The notes under the pieces are model-generated. The model was not told the DNA's origin. It searched no databases and saw only the letters and a list, made by a program, of their open reading frames with translations. Position numbers and translations under genes: made by a program. From contig PJMF01000019.1 in assembly GCA_003173865.1 (NCBI GenBank), forward strand, positions 6,381 through 70,380: a stretch of 64,000 bases of DNA, written 5' to 3'. The number at the start of each line of letters is the position of its first letter. Within the stretch, counting starts at the first letter, position 1. Origin of the DNA: Minisyncoccota bacterium (lineage in GTDB: Bacteria; Patescibacteriota; Microgenomatia; UBA1400; PJMF01). Shown in pieces: positions 1 through 9,192 of the stretch.

Positions 1-349
1 GCAAGCTTTTGCTCAATTTAGTTCTGATTTGGACGAACGCACAAAAGCTCAACTTGATCGCGGTGTTCGCGTAAACGCAGTCTTAAAACAAGGGTGGGAT
101 ACTCCCTTGAAAGTTGAAGAGCAAGTCGTCGTCATCTTTGCTGCCGTCAATGGATACTTAGACGTCATTCAGGAAAAATACTTAGTACAGTGGGAAAAAG
201 AATACTTAGAGTATATTCACGGTCAACATCAAGCCATTCTCGTGAGCATGCGCAAAGAACAAAAAATGAGTGATGAAACGATCGCTGCACTCAAGTCAGC
301 GATTGACGTTTTTAACCGTCTGCACGAAGAGTGGATGTTGGAGGCGTAA
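1..349 (+). CDS. atpA: F0F1 ATP synthase subunit alpha, C-terminal part (truncated by window)
   Basis: QAFAQFSSDLDERTKAQLDRG...LKQ...EEQVVVIFAAVNGYLD; directly upstream of atpG with TAATG overlap. Confidence 0.95.
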   Translation, partial: QAFAQFSSDLDERTKAQLDRGVRVNAVLKQGWDTPLKVEEQVVVIFAAVNGYLDVIQEKYLVQWEKEYLEYIHGQHQAILVSMRKEQKMSDETIAALKSAIDVFNRLHEEWMLEA

Positions 350-1221
350 TGGCCAACACAAGGCAACTCAAAGGGCGCATCAATACCGCCGCAAACATCT
401 CGAAAATTACTAAAGCAATGGAAATGGTTTCGGCCAGTAAAATGCGTCGTGCTCAGCAACAAGCGATGGCAACCAGACCATACACACGAGCAATTCAAGA
501 ATCTTTGCAAAAAGTGGCTGAGTTTACTGACTCACTGGCTCACCCACTCCTTGCACATCATAAAGATGGAAAAGATATTCTCGTTTTATTTTCAACTGAT
601 CGAGGCCTCTGTGGTGGTTTAAACACAAATCTCTTTAAAAGTACCTGGATGTGGAGTAAAGAACATCCTGATATGGAAGTGATCGTCATCGGCAAAAAAG
701 CAATTGCATTTGCGCGTAAAATGGACTTTCCGATTGCAGCTCAGTTTACTGATCTGCCTGAAAAACTTACTGCGGCAGAGATTCTCCCGATCAGTACCGT
801 GATTACAGAAGGATTCTTAGATCATCGTTACCGCTCAGTTTCGCTCATTTACATGGATTTTATCAACACGCTGACCCAAAAAGTGCGAACTACTCGTCTT
901 TTACCGCTGTCTCTTACAGACGTAGTTGGCGAACAACTTGACGCCCACGCACAAGCTCACGCACTTTATACATTTGAACCAGATGCAAGCTCTATTCTGA
1001 ATGAGCTTCTCCCGTATTATTTAGAAAATACTTTGTATCAAACTCTTCTCGAGGCGAAAGCCAGCGAACACAGTGCGCGTATGGTGGCAATGAAAAATGC
1101 AAGTGATAATGCGAAATCTCTGGTAAGTGAGTTAAAATTAGCATTTAATAAGTCACGTCAAGCCGTGATTACCAACGAAATTCTAGATATTACGACCGCG
1201 ACTATGACAGTCAGTCAATAG
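349..1221 (+). CDS. atpG: ATP synthase gamma subunit
   Basis: KITKAMEMVSASK, DRGLCGGLN, SEHSARMVAMKNASDNA, RQAVITNEI; ATG at 349 overlaps the atpA stop. Confidence 0.97.
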   Translation: MANTRQLKGRINTAANISKITKAMEMVSASKMRRAQQQAMATRPYTRAIQESLQKVAEFTDSLAHPLLAHHKDGKDILVLFSTDRGLCGGLNTNLFKSTWMWSKEHPDMEVIVIGKKAIAFARKMDFPIAAQFTDLPEKLTAAEILPISTVITEGFLDHRYRSVSLIYMDFINTLTQKVRTTRLLPLSLTDVVGEQLDAHAQAHALYTFEPDASSILNELLPYYLENTLYQTLLEAKASEHSARMVAMKNASDNAKSLVSELKLAFNKSRQAVITNEILDITTATMTVSQ

Positions 1222-1228
1222 TATTTAG

Positions 1229-2644
<1,416 letters not shown>

Positions 2645-2650
2645 GAATTT

Positions 2651-3082
2651 ATGGCACACAAGACACTTCATCTCACGATTGTCACTCAGGATAAGCAACT
2701 GCTTTCGACTGAAGCGGACTCCGTTACCGCTGTAACTTCAGAGGGCGAAATCACGGTGTTACCAGAACATGTTCCGCTTTTTTCTCAGCTGGTGACAGGA
2801 GAACTTGTATATCGTCACGACGGCGAAGAAGATTCACTTGTTGTCTCAAAGGGTTTCATTGATGTGGGTCCTGACAGCACAGTCATAATCATTGTTGATA
2901 GTGCCGTACATGCTCGTGAAATCAGTATTGAAAAAGCAGAAGCAGCAGTAAAGGCTGCCCAGGAAACAATGGCAATGAGTACGACCACCCAACAAGAAAT
3001 GATCATGGCCGAAGCATCTCTGCGCCGTGCGTTGCTCGAAATTAGAGTTGCGCAAAAGACAAAACGAGCTACCCGCGTATAG
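2651..3082 (+). CDS. atpC: ATP synthase epsilon subunit
   Basis: GEITVLPEHVP, VSKGFIDV, C-terminal helical hairpin; last gene of the atp operon. Confidence 0.95.
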   Translation: MAHKTLHLTIVTQDKQLLSTEADSVTAVTSEGEITVLPEHVPLFSQLVTGELVYRHDGEEDSLVVSKGFIDVGPDSTVIIIVDSAVHAREISIEKAEAAVKAAQETMAMSTTTQQEMIMAEASLRRALLEIRVAQKTKRATRV

Positions 3083-3085
3083 TTC

Positions 3086-3114
3086 TCTTACAAATTTCTT
3101 ACAATACTCTTACT
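3086..3114 (+). promoter_or_regulatory. Three TCTTAC(A/T) direct repeats at 11-bp period (candidate OmpR/PhoB-type binding site) upstream of TG-G-TAGACT -10 at 3135-3140
   Basis: TCTTACA 3086-3092, TCTTACA 3097-3103, TCTTACT 3108-3114. Confidence 0.4.
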
Positions 3115-3170
3115 GGGTATTTGGGAACTCTTGGTAGACTATATCCACGCGTAAATACTCGAAAAATCAT

Positions 3171-3194
3171 CCGCTTTAAGCGGTTCTTTTTTTT
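3171..3194 (+). terminator. Intrinsic terminator downstream of the atp operon
   Basis: CCGCT-TTA-AGCGG hairpin followed by TTCTTTTTTTT. Confidence 0.7.
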
Positions 3195-3233
3195 ATTTAA
3201 GGAGAGGAGTCTAAACCTATAGAGATAAAAAAA

Positions 3234-3268
3234 GTGATATTGATTAAAGCAATATCACACTATAGTAT
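3234..3268 (+). promoter_or_regulatory. greA promoter (TTGATT-17-TAGTAT) overlapped by a 9-bp inverted repeat
   Basis: GTGATATTG-N7-CAATATCAC at 3234-3258; -35 at 3240-3245, -10 at 3263-3268. Confidence 0.5.
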
Positions 3269-3281
3269 TACTGAGCTCACG

Positions 3282-3306
3282 ATCACCCATTCAAGGGTGA
3301 TTTTTT
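3282..3306 (+). terminator. Terminator-like hairpin in the greA 5' leader
   Basis: ATCACCC-ATTCAA-GGGTGAT then TTTTT, 15 nt before the greA ATG. Confidence 0.55.
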
Positions 3307-3321
3307 AGAAAGAGATGTTTT

Positions 3322-3813
3322 ATGACAAATTCAATCATCGCACCACACAAAATTCAGTTAACTTCTGAAGGCCTTGCTGAGATCGAAAAAGAGTTAAAAG
3401 AGTTAGAGGAAATCAAATTACCTGAAGTCATCAAACGCGTTGAAACAGCACGTGGATACGGCGACTTAAGTGAAAACGCTGAGTACCACAGCGCCAAAGA
3501 AGACCAAGAATTGATCGAAACCCGCATTGCCGATCTCAAGGGAGTGATTGCAAATGCCACTATTGTGAAACATACACATAAAAACGGCACTGTTGGCATG
3601 GGCTCACAAGTTCAGGTCACTATTAAATCGGGTCGCTCAAAGAGAAAAGCTACGTTTCACATCGTGGGTGAGTTTGAAGCTGCACCAAAAGATGGGAAAG
3701 TTTCCAGCGTTTCACCATTAGGTAAAGCACTTTTAGGGAAGAAAAAAGGTGAAAAAGTCGAGGTTGAAACCCCCGCAGGAATGGTCACGTACGAAATTGT
3801 GGAAATCAAGTAA
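3322..3813 (+). CDS. greA: Transcription elongation factor GreA
   Basis: ARGYGDLSENAEYHSAKE, SPLGKALLGKKKGE. Confidence 0.97.
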   Translation: MTNSIIAPHKIQLTSEGLAEIEKELKELEEIKLPEVIKRVETARGYGDLSENAEYHSAKEDQELIETRIADLKGVIANATIVKHTHKNGTVGMGSQVQVTIKSGRSKRKATFHIVGEFEAAPKDGKVSSVSPLGKALLGKKKGEKVEVETPAGMVTYEIVEIK

Positions 3814-3849
3814 AAAACTTGCGGATACCCATTCTTCTCGAGATAATTA

Positions 3850-3878
3850 TTGACTTTTGGCAAAAATTTAGGGATAAT
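3850..3878 (+). promoter_or_regulatory. Sigma70-type promoter with no downstream sense ORF
   Basis: TTGACT (3850-3855), 17-bp spacer, GATAAT (3873-3878). Confidence 0.6.
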
Positions 3879-3882
3879 ATGA

Positions 3883-3977
3883 GTGTGCTAGTGAGGATAA
3901 CTTCCGTAACCAGCTAAGTATACTACGCCGGAAAAGCTAGCACACACAAAAAAGGCTCCTGAGGGAGCTCTTTTTGT
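3883..3977 (+). ncRNA. Candidate small structured RNA (~95 nt)
   Basis: GTGTGCTAG (3883-3891) pairs with CTAGCACAC (3937-3945); inner TTCCG/CGGAA stem; lies between a promoter and a terminator. Confidence 0.5.
3946..3977. terminator. Bidirectional intrinsic terminator
   Basis: ACAAAAAA-GGCTCC-TGAG-GGAGCT-CTTTTTGT. Confidence 0.75.
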
Positions 3978-3978
3978 A

Positions 3979-4365
3979 TTAACGAATTGAATAGTAGTGA
4001 TAGGGTCCCTTTTCAAACTTCCTCAGTATCACAACAATATTTTTGTTTCCTAATTTGGTTTTGCATTCATGCCCAATTTCAATATAAATTACATCTCGTG
4101 GATTTTTCTTCAAGTGTATAGTTGCTTGCTCTTTTTCTCCAGCCGTTTTGCAATTTTTGAGAACCTCAACAGCATGCTTAAATAAATGTAATCTTCGACG
4201 TAAATCTTGTTCATTTCTTTTATGACCATGTCCATCAAAGCGCAAATGCTTCCATCCATAGTTATTAAAAATGATGTTCTCTTTTAGAGCTGAACAATAA
4301 ATTGAGCCGATTTTGTGATATTCACGACTGGTTTCAGCGATCATTTCTGTGGTCGATTTTGACAT
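3979..4365 (-). CDS. Small basic hypothetical protein, probable BECR-fold (RelE/PBECR-like) RNase
   Basis: 128 aa; IFNNYGWKHL (conserved-looking H), RRRLHL, C-terminal strands IVVILRK...YHYYSI; low GC. Confidence 0.5.
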   Translation of the reverse strand: MSKSTTEMIAETSREYHKIGSIYCSALKENIIFNNYGWKHLRFDGHGHKRNEQDLRRRLHLFKHAVEVLKNCKTAGEKEQATIHLKKNPRDVIYIEIGHECKTKLGNKNIVVILRKFEKGPYHYYSIR

Positions 4366-4495
4366 ATTTCTATTGTACTACTTTATTAGTATTTTTTTCG
4401 TGACTTTAAGATATAAAAATATATCAATTTGAGAGTAATATACTTTTGCAAAAATGGGAGTAAAATTGCCCGTTATATTAAAAATAAGGAGAGAT

Positions 4496-4858
4496 ATGGG
4501 AAAGCCAATAGAAGTACTTATCAAAGGAAGATTAACTGATAAAACAGTAGCTTACTTGAAAAATGAATTGAGAAGCGTTGATTTACATGCCTCTATTGAG
4601 ATTAGACCAGATGATACTAAAAAAAATGAAGTTACTATTACAGTCCGAGAGGATGATGCAAAAACCAGAGAATCTATTTCTTTCAACCTTTATTTAGCAA
4701 ACATTGCAATGTGTCTTTCCAATCCCCAATCTAAAGTAGATAGCTACAGAATTATTTATGAATCTAATGGCAAACGTTACGAGCTTCCGAATGGAGATAT
4801 AAAAAAAGCCACCCTCTTGGAGGATCAGCAACCCGAGCATTCTCATCAAAGCTCGTAA
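4496..4858 (+). CDS. Hypothetical protein
   Basis: Open frame with AAGGAG SD before ATG 4496; low GC; no motif recognised. Confidence 0.6.
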   Translation: MGKPIEVLIKGRLTDKTVAYLKNELRSVDLHASIEIRPDDTKKNEVTITVREDDAKTRESISFNLYLANIAMCLSNPQSKVDSYRIIYESNGKRYELPNGDIKKATLLEDQQPEHSHQSS

Positions 4859-4879
4859 CAGCTATAATCGAACAATTCT

Positions 4880-7222
4880 ATGCAACAATCTCAGCACTGG
4901 ATCGACAAGCTTGTTAAGGGTATTTTTTCTTGGCAAGAAAAAACACACATTGACCATCTTCACGTTGATGACATGAAAACGCCTTCAGGCCGGGTGCATA
5001 CTGGCGCGCTCAGAGGCGTGATGTTACATGACATCGTGGCCAAAGCTCTTACAGCCGCATCTGATCAAACTATTACAAGTACATACGTCTTCAATGACAT
5101 GGACTCAATGGATGGTTTACCAAGTTACTTAGACGAGAAAGAATACAGCCAGCACATGGGTAAACCGCTGTATAAAATACCTGCTCCACCACTAGAGAAG
5201 TCTGGAATCGATTTTGTGGGAGCCACTGAAGTGGAAAAAGCAAAGTACCAAGCAGCGAAAAATTTTGCTGAGTTTTATGCTTTGGATTTCATAGATGCGT
5301 TTCACAAACTTGGCAGTACGCAACAAATTATTTGGAGTCACGAGTTGTATGAATCTGGTCAAATGAATGAACACATCCAAACAGCTCTAGATAACATCGA
5401 CACAATTCGCCGCGTTTACCAAGAAGTTGCAGACTATCAATTGCCTAAGCAGTGGTTTCCTTTTCAAGTCATTTGTCCGCAGTGCGGTAAGCTGGGGACC
5501 ACACTTACTACGGGGTGGGATGGAAGAATGGTCACGTTTGAGTGTCAAAAAAATAAAGTAACATGGGCTGAAGGATGTGGCTATTCAGGATCTGTTTCAC
5601 CATTTAATGGCACTGGCAAATTACTCTGGAAAGTTGATTGGCCAGCACACTGGAAGTGTCTTGGCGTCACTATCGAAGGCGCAGGCAAAGATCACACATC
5701 TGCTGGCGGCTCGCGTGACATGGCTAATCAACTTATCGACAAAGTTTTTCATGCACCGGTTCCTTTTGATATTCCATACGAATGGATCCTGATTCGCGGG
5801 GCAAAAATGAGTTCAAGCAAAGGAGTTGGAACTTCTGCGCGCGAGTTTGTGGAGTTGTTTCCCGCTGAAGTGGGTCGCTTTCTCTTTGTCAGCCGACTTT
5901 TTAGCCAAGTGATTGATTTTGACCCCCACACAATGGCTATTCCCAATTTATTTGATGATTATGATGCTGGCGCACGCACATATTGGGGCCAATTAGAAGA
6001 AGACTCACGTGCAGGCCGATCCTTTGAGCTTTCTCAAATTGAAAACATACCGTCAGCACACTTTTTGCCTCGTTTTCGTGATGTGGCAACGTGGATGCAG
6101 TATCCAGAAATTGATTTAGTTGCGAAGTTTGCGGAAATCAAGGGCAGTGCATTAACTGCGCAAGAAAAAGCAGTACTTGCGCAACGCAAACACTATGCTC
6201 AGATCTGGATTAATCGGTATGCGCCAGAAGAGTTTCAACTCGGTCCAACTTTGGAAATACCTGAACTTGCCTACACACTCACCAACGAGCAAAAAAAGTA
6301 CTTAGAAGAAATCGAAGTACTTATGAAACCAAAAGAATGGAATGCTGCAGATCTGCAGCAAGCACTCTTTGAACTCGCAAAACAATCGCTTGGTGCTCGT
6401 AAAGGATTTGAAGCAATTTACATCGCTTATCTTGGGAAAAAAGCTGGTCCGCGTGCCGCTTGGTTGCTGTTATCTATGACTGCAGAGTTTCGTCATAAAA
6501 GAATTGCCGAATTATCCTTATCTTCAACGTCAAAAACACCTACTCATTCTGTAGGATTTATTTCTCAAGAAGTTCACGAACAGTTCCCTGGAATGTTTTT
6601 TGCGCAAGTACTCATTAAAAATGTGACGATCCGAAAAACAGAACCTAAGTTAGAGGCACTCAAAAAAGAAGTCACTCAAGCGCTCAACCTTCCAACTGAA
6701 AATATCGGTCAACTCAAACCAATTGAAGCGTATCGAAAATTATTTAAAGCAACGGGCGTTGATTTTCACAAAAAACGACCTTCACCTGAAGCATTACTGC
6801 GCAGGATTTCGCAAGGCAAAACGCTGTACACCATTAATACTGCAGTCGATGCATATAACTTAGCTGTAATTGAAACCGCAATTGGATTAGGTGGTTTTGA
6901 TGCTGACATGCTCAAGTTTCCGGTTACCTTACGCTTTTCCAAAGAAGGCGAGTCATTACTTCTTTTAGGTGATGAAACACCGACATTCACCCGAGCTGGT
7001 GAACTTGTTTACAGTGATCAAGAAAAATTAATTACGATTGATTTAAATTACCGAGATATTTCAAACACAAAAATTACAGAAAAAACCAAGAATATTCTGC
7101 TTTTTGCAGACGGCGCACCTGGGTTGAGTAAAGATGAGGTAGTTGCTGCCTTGCAAAGGGGTGCTTCATATATTCAACAATTTTGCGGTGGTGAAGTAGG
7201 AAAAATAGAAGTAAAGGAGTAG
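4880..7222 (+). CDS. lysS: Class I lysyl-tRNA synthetase with C-terminal B3/B4 (PheRS-beta editing-like) domain
   Basis: TPSGRVHTG (HIGH-like), CPQCG Zn knuckle, GKLLWKVDWPAHW, GKDH, KMSSSKG, GPR; from ~aa 560 AYRKLF...RPSPEALLRR...INTAVDAYN...GELVYSD...TKITEKTKNILL (B3/4). Confidence 0.93.
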   Translation: MQQSQHWIDKLVKGIFSWQEKTHIDHLHVDDMKTPSGRVHTGALRGVMLHDIVAKALTAASDQTITSTYVFNDMDSMDGLPSYLDEKEYSQHMGKPLYKIPAPPLEKSGIDFVGATEVEKAKYQAAKNFAEFYALDFIDAFHKLGSTQQIIWSHELYESGQMNEHIQTALDNIDTIRRVYQEVADYQLPKQWFPFQVICPQCGKLGTTLTTGWDGRMVTFECQKNKVTWAEGCGYSGSVSPFNGTGKLLWKVDWPAHWKCLGVTIEGAGKDHTSAGGSRDMANQLIDKVFHAPVPFDIPYEWILIRGAKMSSSKGVGTSAREFVELFPAEVGRFLFVSRLFSQVIDFDPHTMAIPNLFDDYDAGARTYWGQLEEDSRAGRSFELSQIENIPSAHFLPRFRDVATWMQYPEIDLVAKFAEIKGSALTAQEKAVLAQRKHYAQIWINRYAPEEFQLGPTLEIPELAYTLTNEQKKYLEEIEVLMKPKEWNAADLQQALFELAKQSLGARKGFEAIYIAYLGKKAGPRAAWLLLSMTAEFRHKRIAELSLSSTSKTPTHSVGFISQEVHEQFPGMFFAQVLIKNVTIRKTEPKLEALKKEVTQALNLPTENIGQLKPIEAYRKLFKATGVDFHKKRPSPEALLRRISQGKTLYTINTAVDAYNLAVIETAIGLGGFDADMLKFPVTLRFSKEGESLLLLGDETPTFTRAGELVYSDQEKLITIDLNYRDISNTKITEKTKNILLFADGAPGLSKDEVVAALQRGASYIQQFCGGEVGKIEVKE

Positions 7223-7224
7223 TT

Positions 7225-7764
7225 ATGAATCAACTTCCGTCTCGCGGACAAAGCGAGGAATTATTACTAAAGTACATGAAAAATCCTGCGTTGTTGAATC
7301 ATTCACGCATGGTCGCTCTCGCCATGGAAGCATACGCACGTACGTTGCAAGAAGATCCTGAACTTTGGTATCAGGCCGGTTTGCTTCATGATCTCGATTG
7401 GGAAATGTTTCCCGATGAACATCCAAATAAAGCTGTCGCTGAATTTTTGAGTGAGTATCCCGAATCACTGAAGAATGCGATTCTCGCCCACGGTCCTGAC
7501 CGAACTGGTAAGCAACCAGAAACGTTGATTGAAAGATATCTTTTTGCGAATGATGAGTTATCTGGATTTCTGAATGCGGTGTCACTGTTGCGTCCGACAA
7601 AGTTCGAGGGTATGGAAGTGAAGTCTGTAAAAAAGAAGTTAAAAGATAAAAATTTCGCGGCAAACGTCAGTCGTGAAGATATTGAGCGTGGTTTTGAGTT
7701 AATTCACAAAACTCCCGACGAACACATCTCATTTTTAATTACTGTCTTTAGTAAACAATCATGA
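7225..7764 (+). CDS. HD-domain metal-dependent hydrolase
   Basis: HSRMV, GLLHDLDWE, AILAH, DELSGF, SVKKKLKDKNFAANVSR. Confidence 0.88.
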   Translation: MNQLPSRGQSEELLLKYMKNPALLNHSRMVALAMEAYARTLQEDPELWYQAGLLHDLDWEMFPDEHPNKAVAEFLSEYPESLKNAILAHGPDRTGKQPETLIERYLFANDELSGFLNAVSLLRPTKFEGMEVKSVKKKLKDKNFAANVSREDIERGFELIHKTPDEHISFLITVFSKQS

Positions 7765-8210
7765 TCACCGCATCTCGTCTTAACGTTGGCGTTTTTGGCT
7801 TAGCAGTAAATAAACAAAAACAGTTTTTGTTGACACAGCGTAATGCACCTGATTCACCAGCGACACACTTGAAGTGGCAAATCCCTGGTGGCGGTTTAGA
7901 AAGTAACGAATCGCCAGAACAAACCTGTTTACGCGAACTCCGTGAAGAAATTGGAGTACAGGCCCAAATTGCTTTTCCTCACCCAATTGCAAGTAACTAT
8001 ATTTGGAGAAAAGATCAAACAAGTGGACAAGAAGACGTGAATTTAATTATTCTAACGTACATTGTAGACATTGGCGAACAAATTCCTTCTGATAAAAACG
8101 ATGCCGAAACACTGGCTTGGCAATGGTACTCACTTGACGAAGTTGAAAGATTAGACACTTTGCCTAACGTTAAAGCAACTATTCGCGCGGCTTTCACGAT
8201 CATTCAATAA
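7761..8210 (+). CDS. NUDIX hydrolase
   Basis: Nudix box PGGGLESNESPEQTCLRELREEIG. Confidence 0.92.
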   Translation: MITASRLNVGVFGLAVNKQKQFLLTQRNAPDSPATHLKWQIPGGGLESNESPEQTCLRELREEIGVQAQIAFPHPIASNYIWRKDQTSGQEDVNLIILTYIVDIGEQIPSDKNDAETLAWQWYSLDEVERLDTLPNVKATIRAAFTIIQ

Positions 8211-8323
8211 TTTCATTTTTTTCACGATAAAACATCTCTAAACTTCCGTTTGACAAACATTTTACGAAGCAGTACATTGGGTGAATTCTCCTGCCCGTAC
8301 ATACTTTTTTGAAAAGGATTTCT

Positions 8324-9175
8324 ATGCTCAAACGAGTCATGACCTCTCTTTTATTTGCATTTACTTTTTTCTTAGTAAGCAGTAGTAAAACTTCTGCTCA
8401 AACAATTCCTTTTGATACAACTGGCGGCATTCAACTGCACTGGACATATCGATCTGGTAACTGCGATGTGCGTTACACCGAAGTGGAATCAGCGATGTAT
8501 CAATACCACACTACTACAAACTGTGATGCAGGCTCGGTAGTAGTCAATGGTTTACAGCCTGGTCAAAAGTATAAATTTCAAATTAATCAAAATAATGGTG
8601 CGTGGTCTAGAGCAGTAGTGGGCACAGCCAAAGTGCTGCCCACGAGTATGCAACCTTCAACAACTCCTTTTCTCAGCAATGACAACGGAGATGGCTCTGT
8701 CCATTTAATGTGGAGTAATCGCGGCGGCAGTTGCTTTATTAAGTACACCGAAGCAGATCAAAAAAATTACAAGTACAGCACCGTTGCAAATTGTGAGGAT
8801 GGACAGGTATTTATTAACGCATTAGTAACTGGACGCACGTACAAATTTTCTTTGAGTCAAGACAATGTCACTTGGTCTCGTCCAACATTTGCAGTTGCTA
8901 AACATAGTGAAGTCATGAATGCTGCAACTTCTCAGATAACTTCAGGAGCCGCCCGCACTGGTTCTGTCAAGTTAGTGTGGAACTATCGCGGTAGCACATG
9001 CTCAGTGCGCTACAACGAAGCTGGTCTCAAGGGCTATAAATACTCCACCTCAGCTGGTTGTGACGAAGGTCAAGTTGTCATCAATGGTTTGGTCTCAGGT
9101 CATCAATATCGCTTCCAAGTTATGCCTGAAGGTGCAAGCCAATGGTCAAAGGCAGTCGTGGCAACGGCACGTTGA
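8324..9175 (+). CDS. Secreted protein with three fibronectin-type-III-like repeats
   Basis: N-terminal signal peptide; 3x [G.v.L.W..R...C.v.Y.E.....Y.YST...CD.G.V.INGL..G..Y.F......WS]. Confidence 0.75.
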   Translation: MLKRVMTSLLFAFTFFLVSSSKTSAQTIPFDTTGGIQLHWTYRSGNCDVRYTEVESAMYQYHTTTNCDAGSVVVNGLQPGQKYKFQINQNNGAWSRAVVGTAKVLPTSMQPSTTPFLSNDNGDGSVHLMWSNRGGSCFIKYTEADQKNYKYSTVANCEDGQVFINALVTGRTYKFSLSQDNVTWSRPTFAVAKHSEVMNAATSQITSGAARTGSVKLVWNYRGSTCSVRYNEAGLKGYKYSTSAGCDEGQVVINGLVSGHQYRFQVMPEGASQWSKAVVATAR

Positions 9176-9192
9176 TGCTATACTAGCGTGAT

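Noticed and set aside
3883-3945. Hammerhead ribozyme
   Set aside because: CTAGTGAG does not match the CUGANGA core, and the three-stem junction cannot be built.
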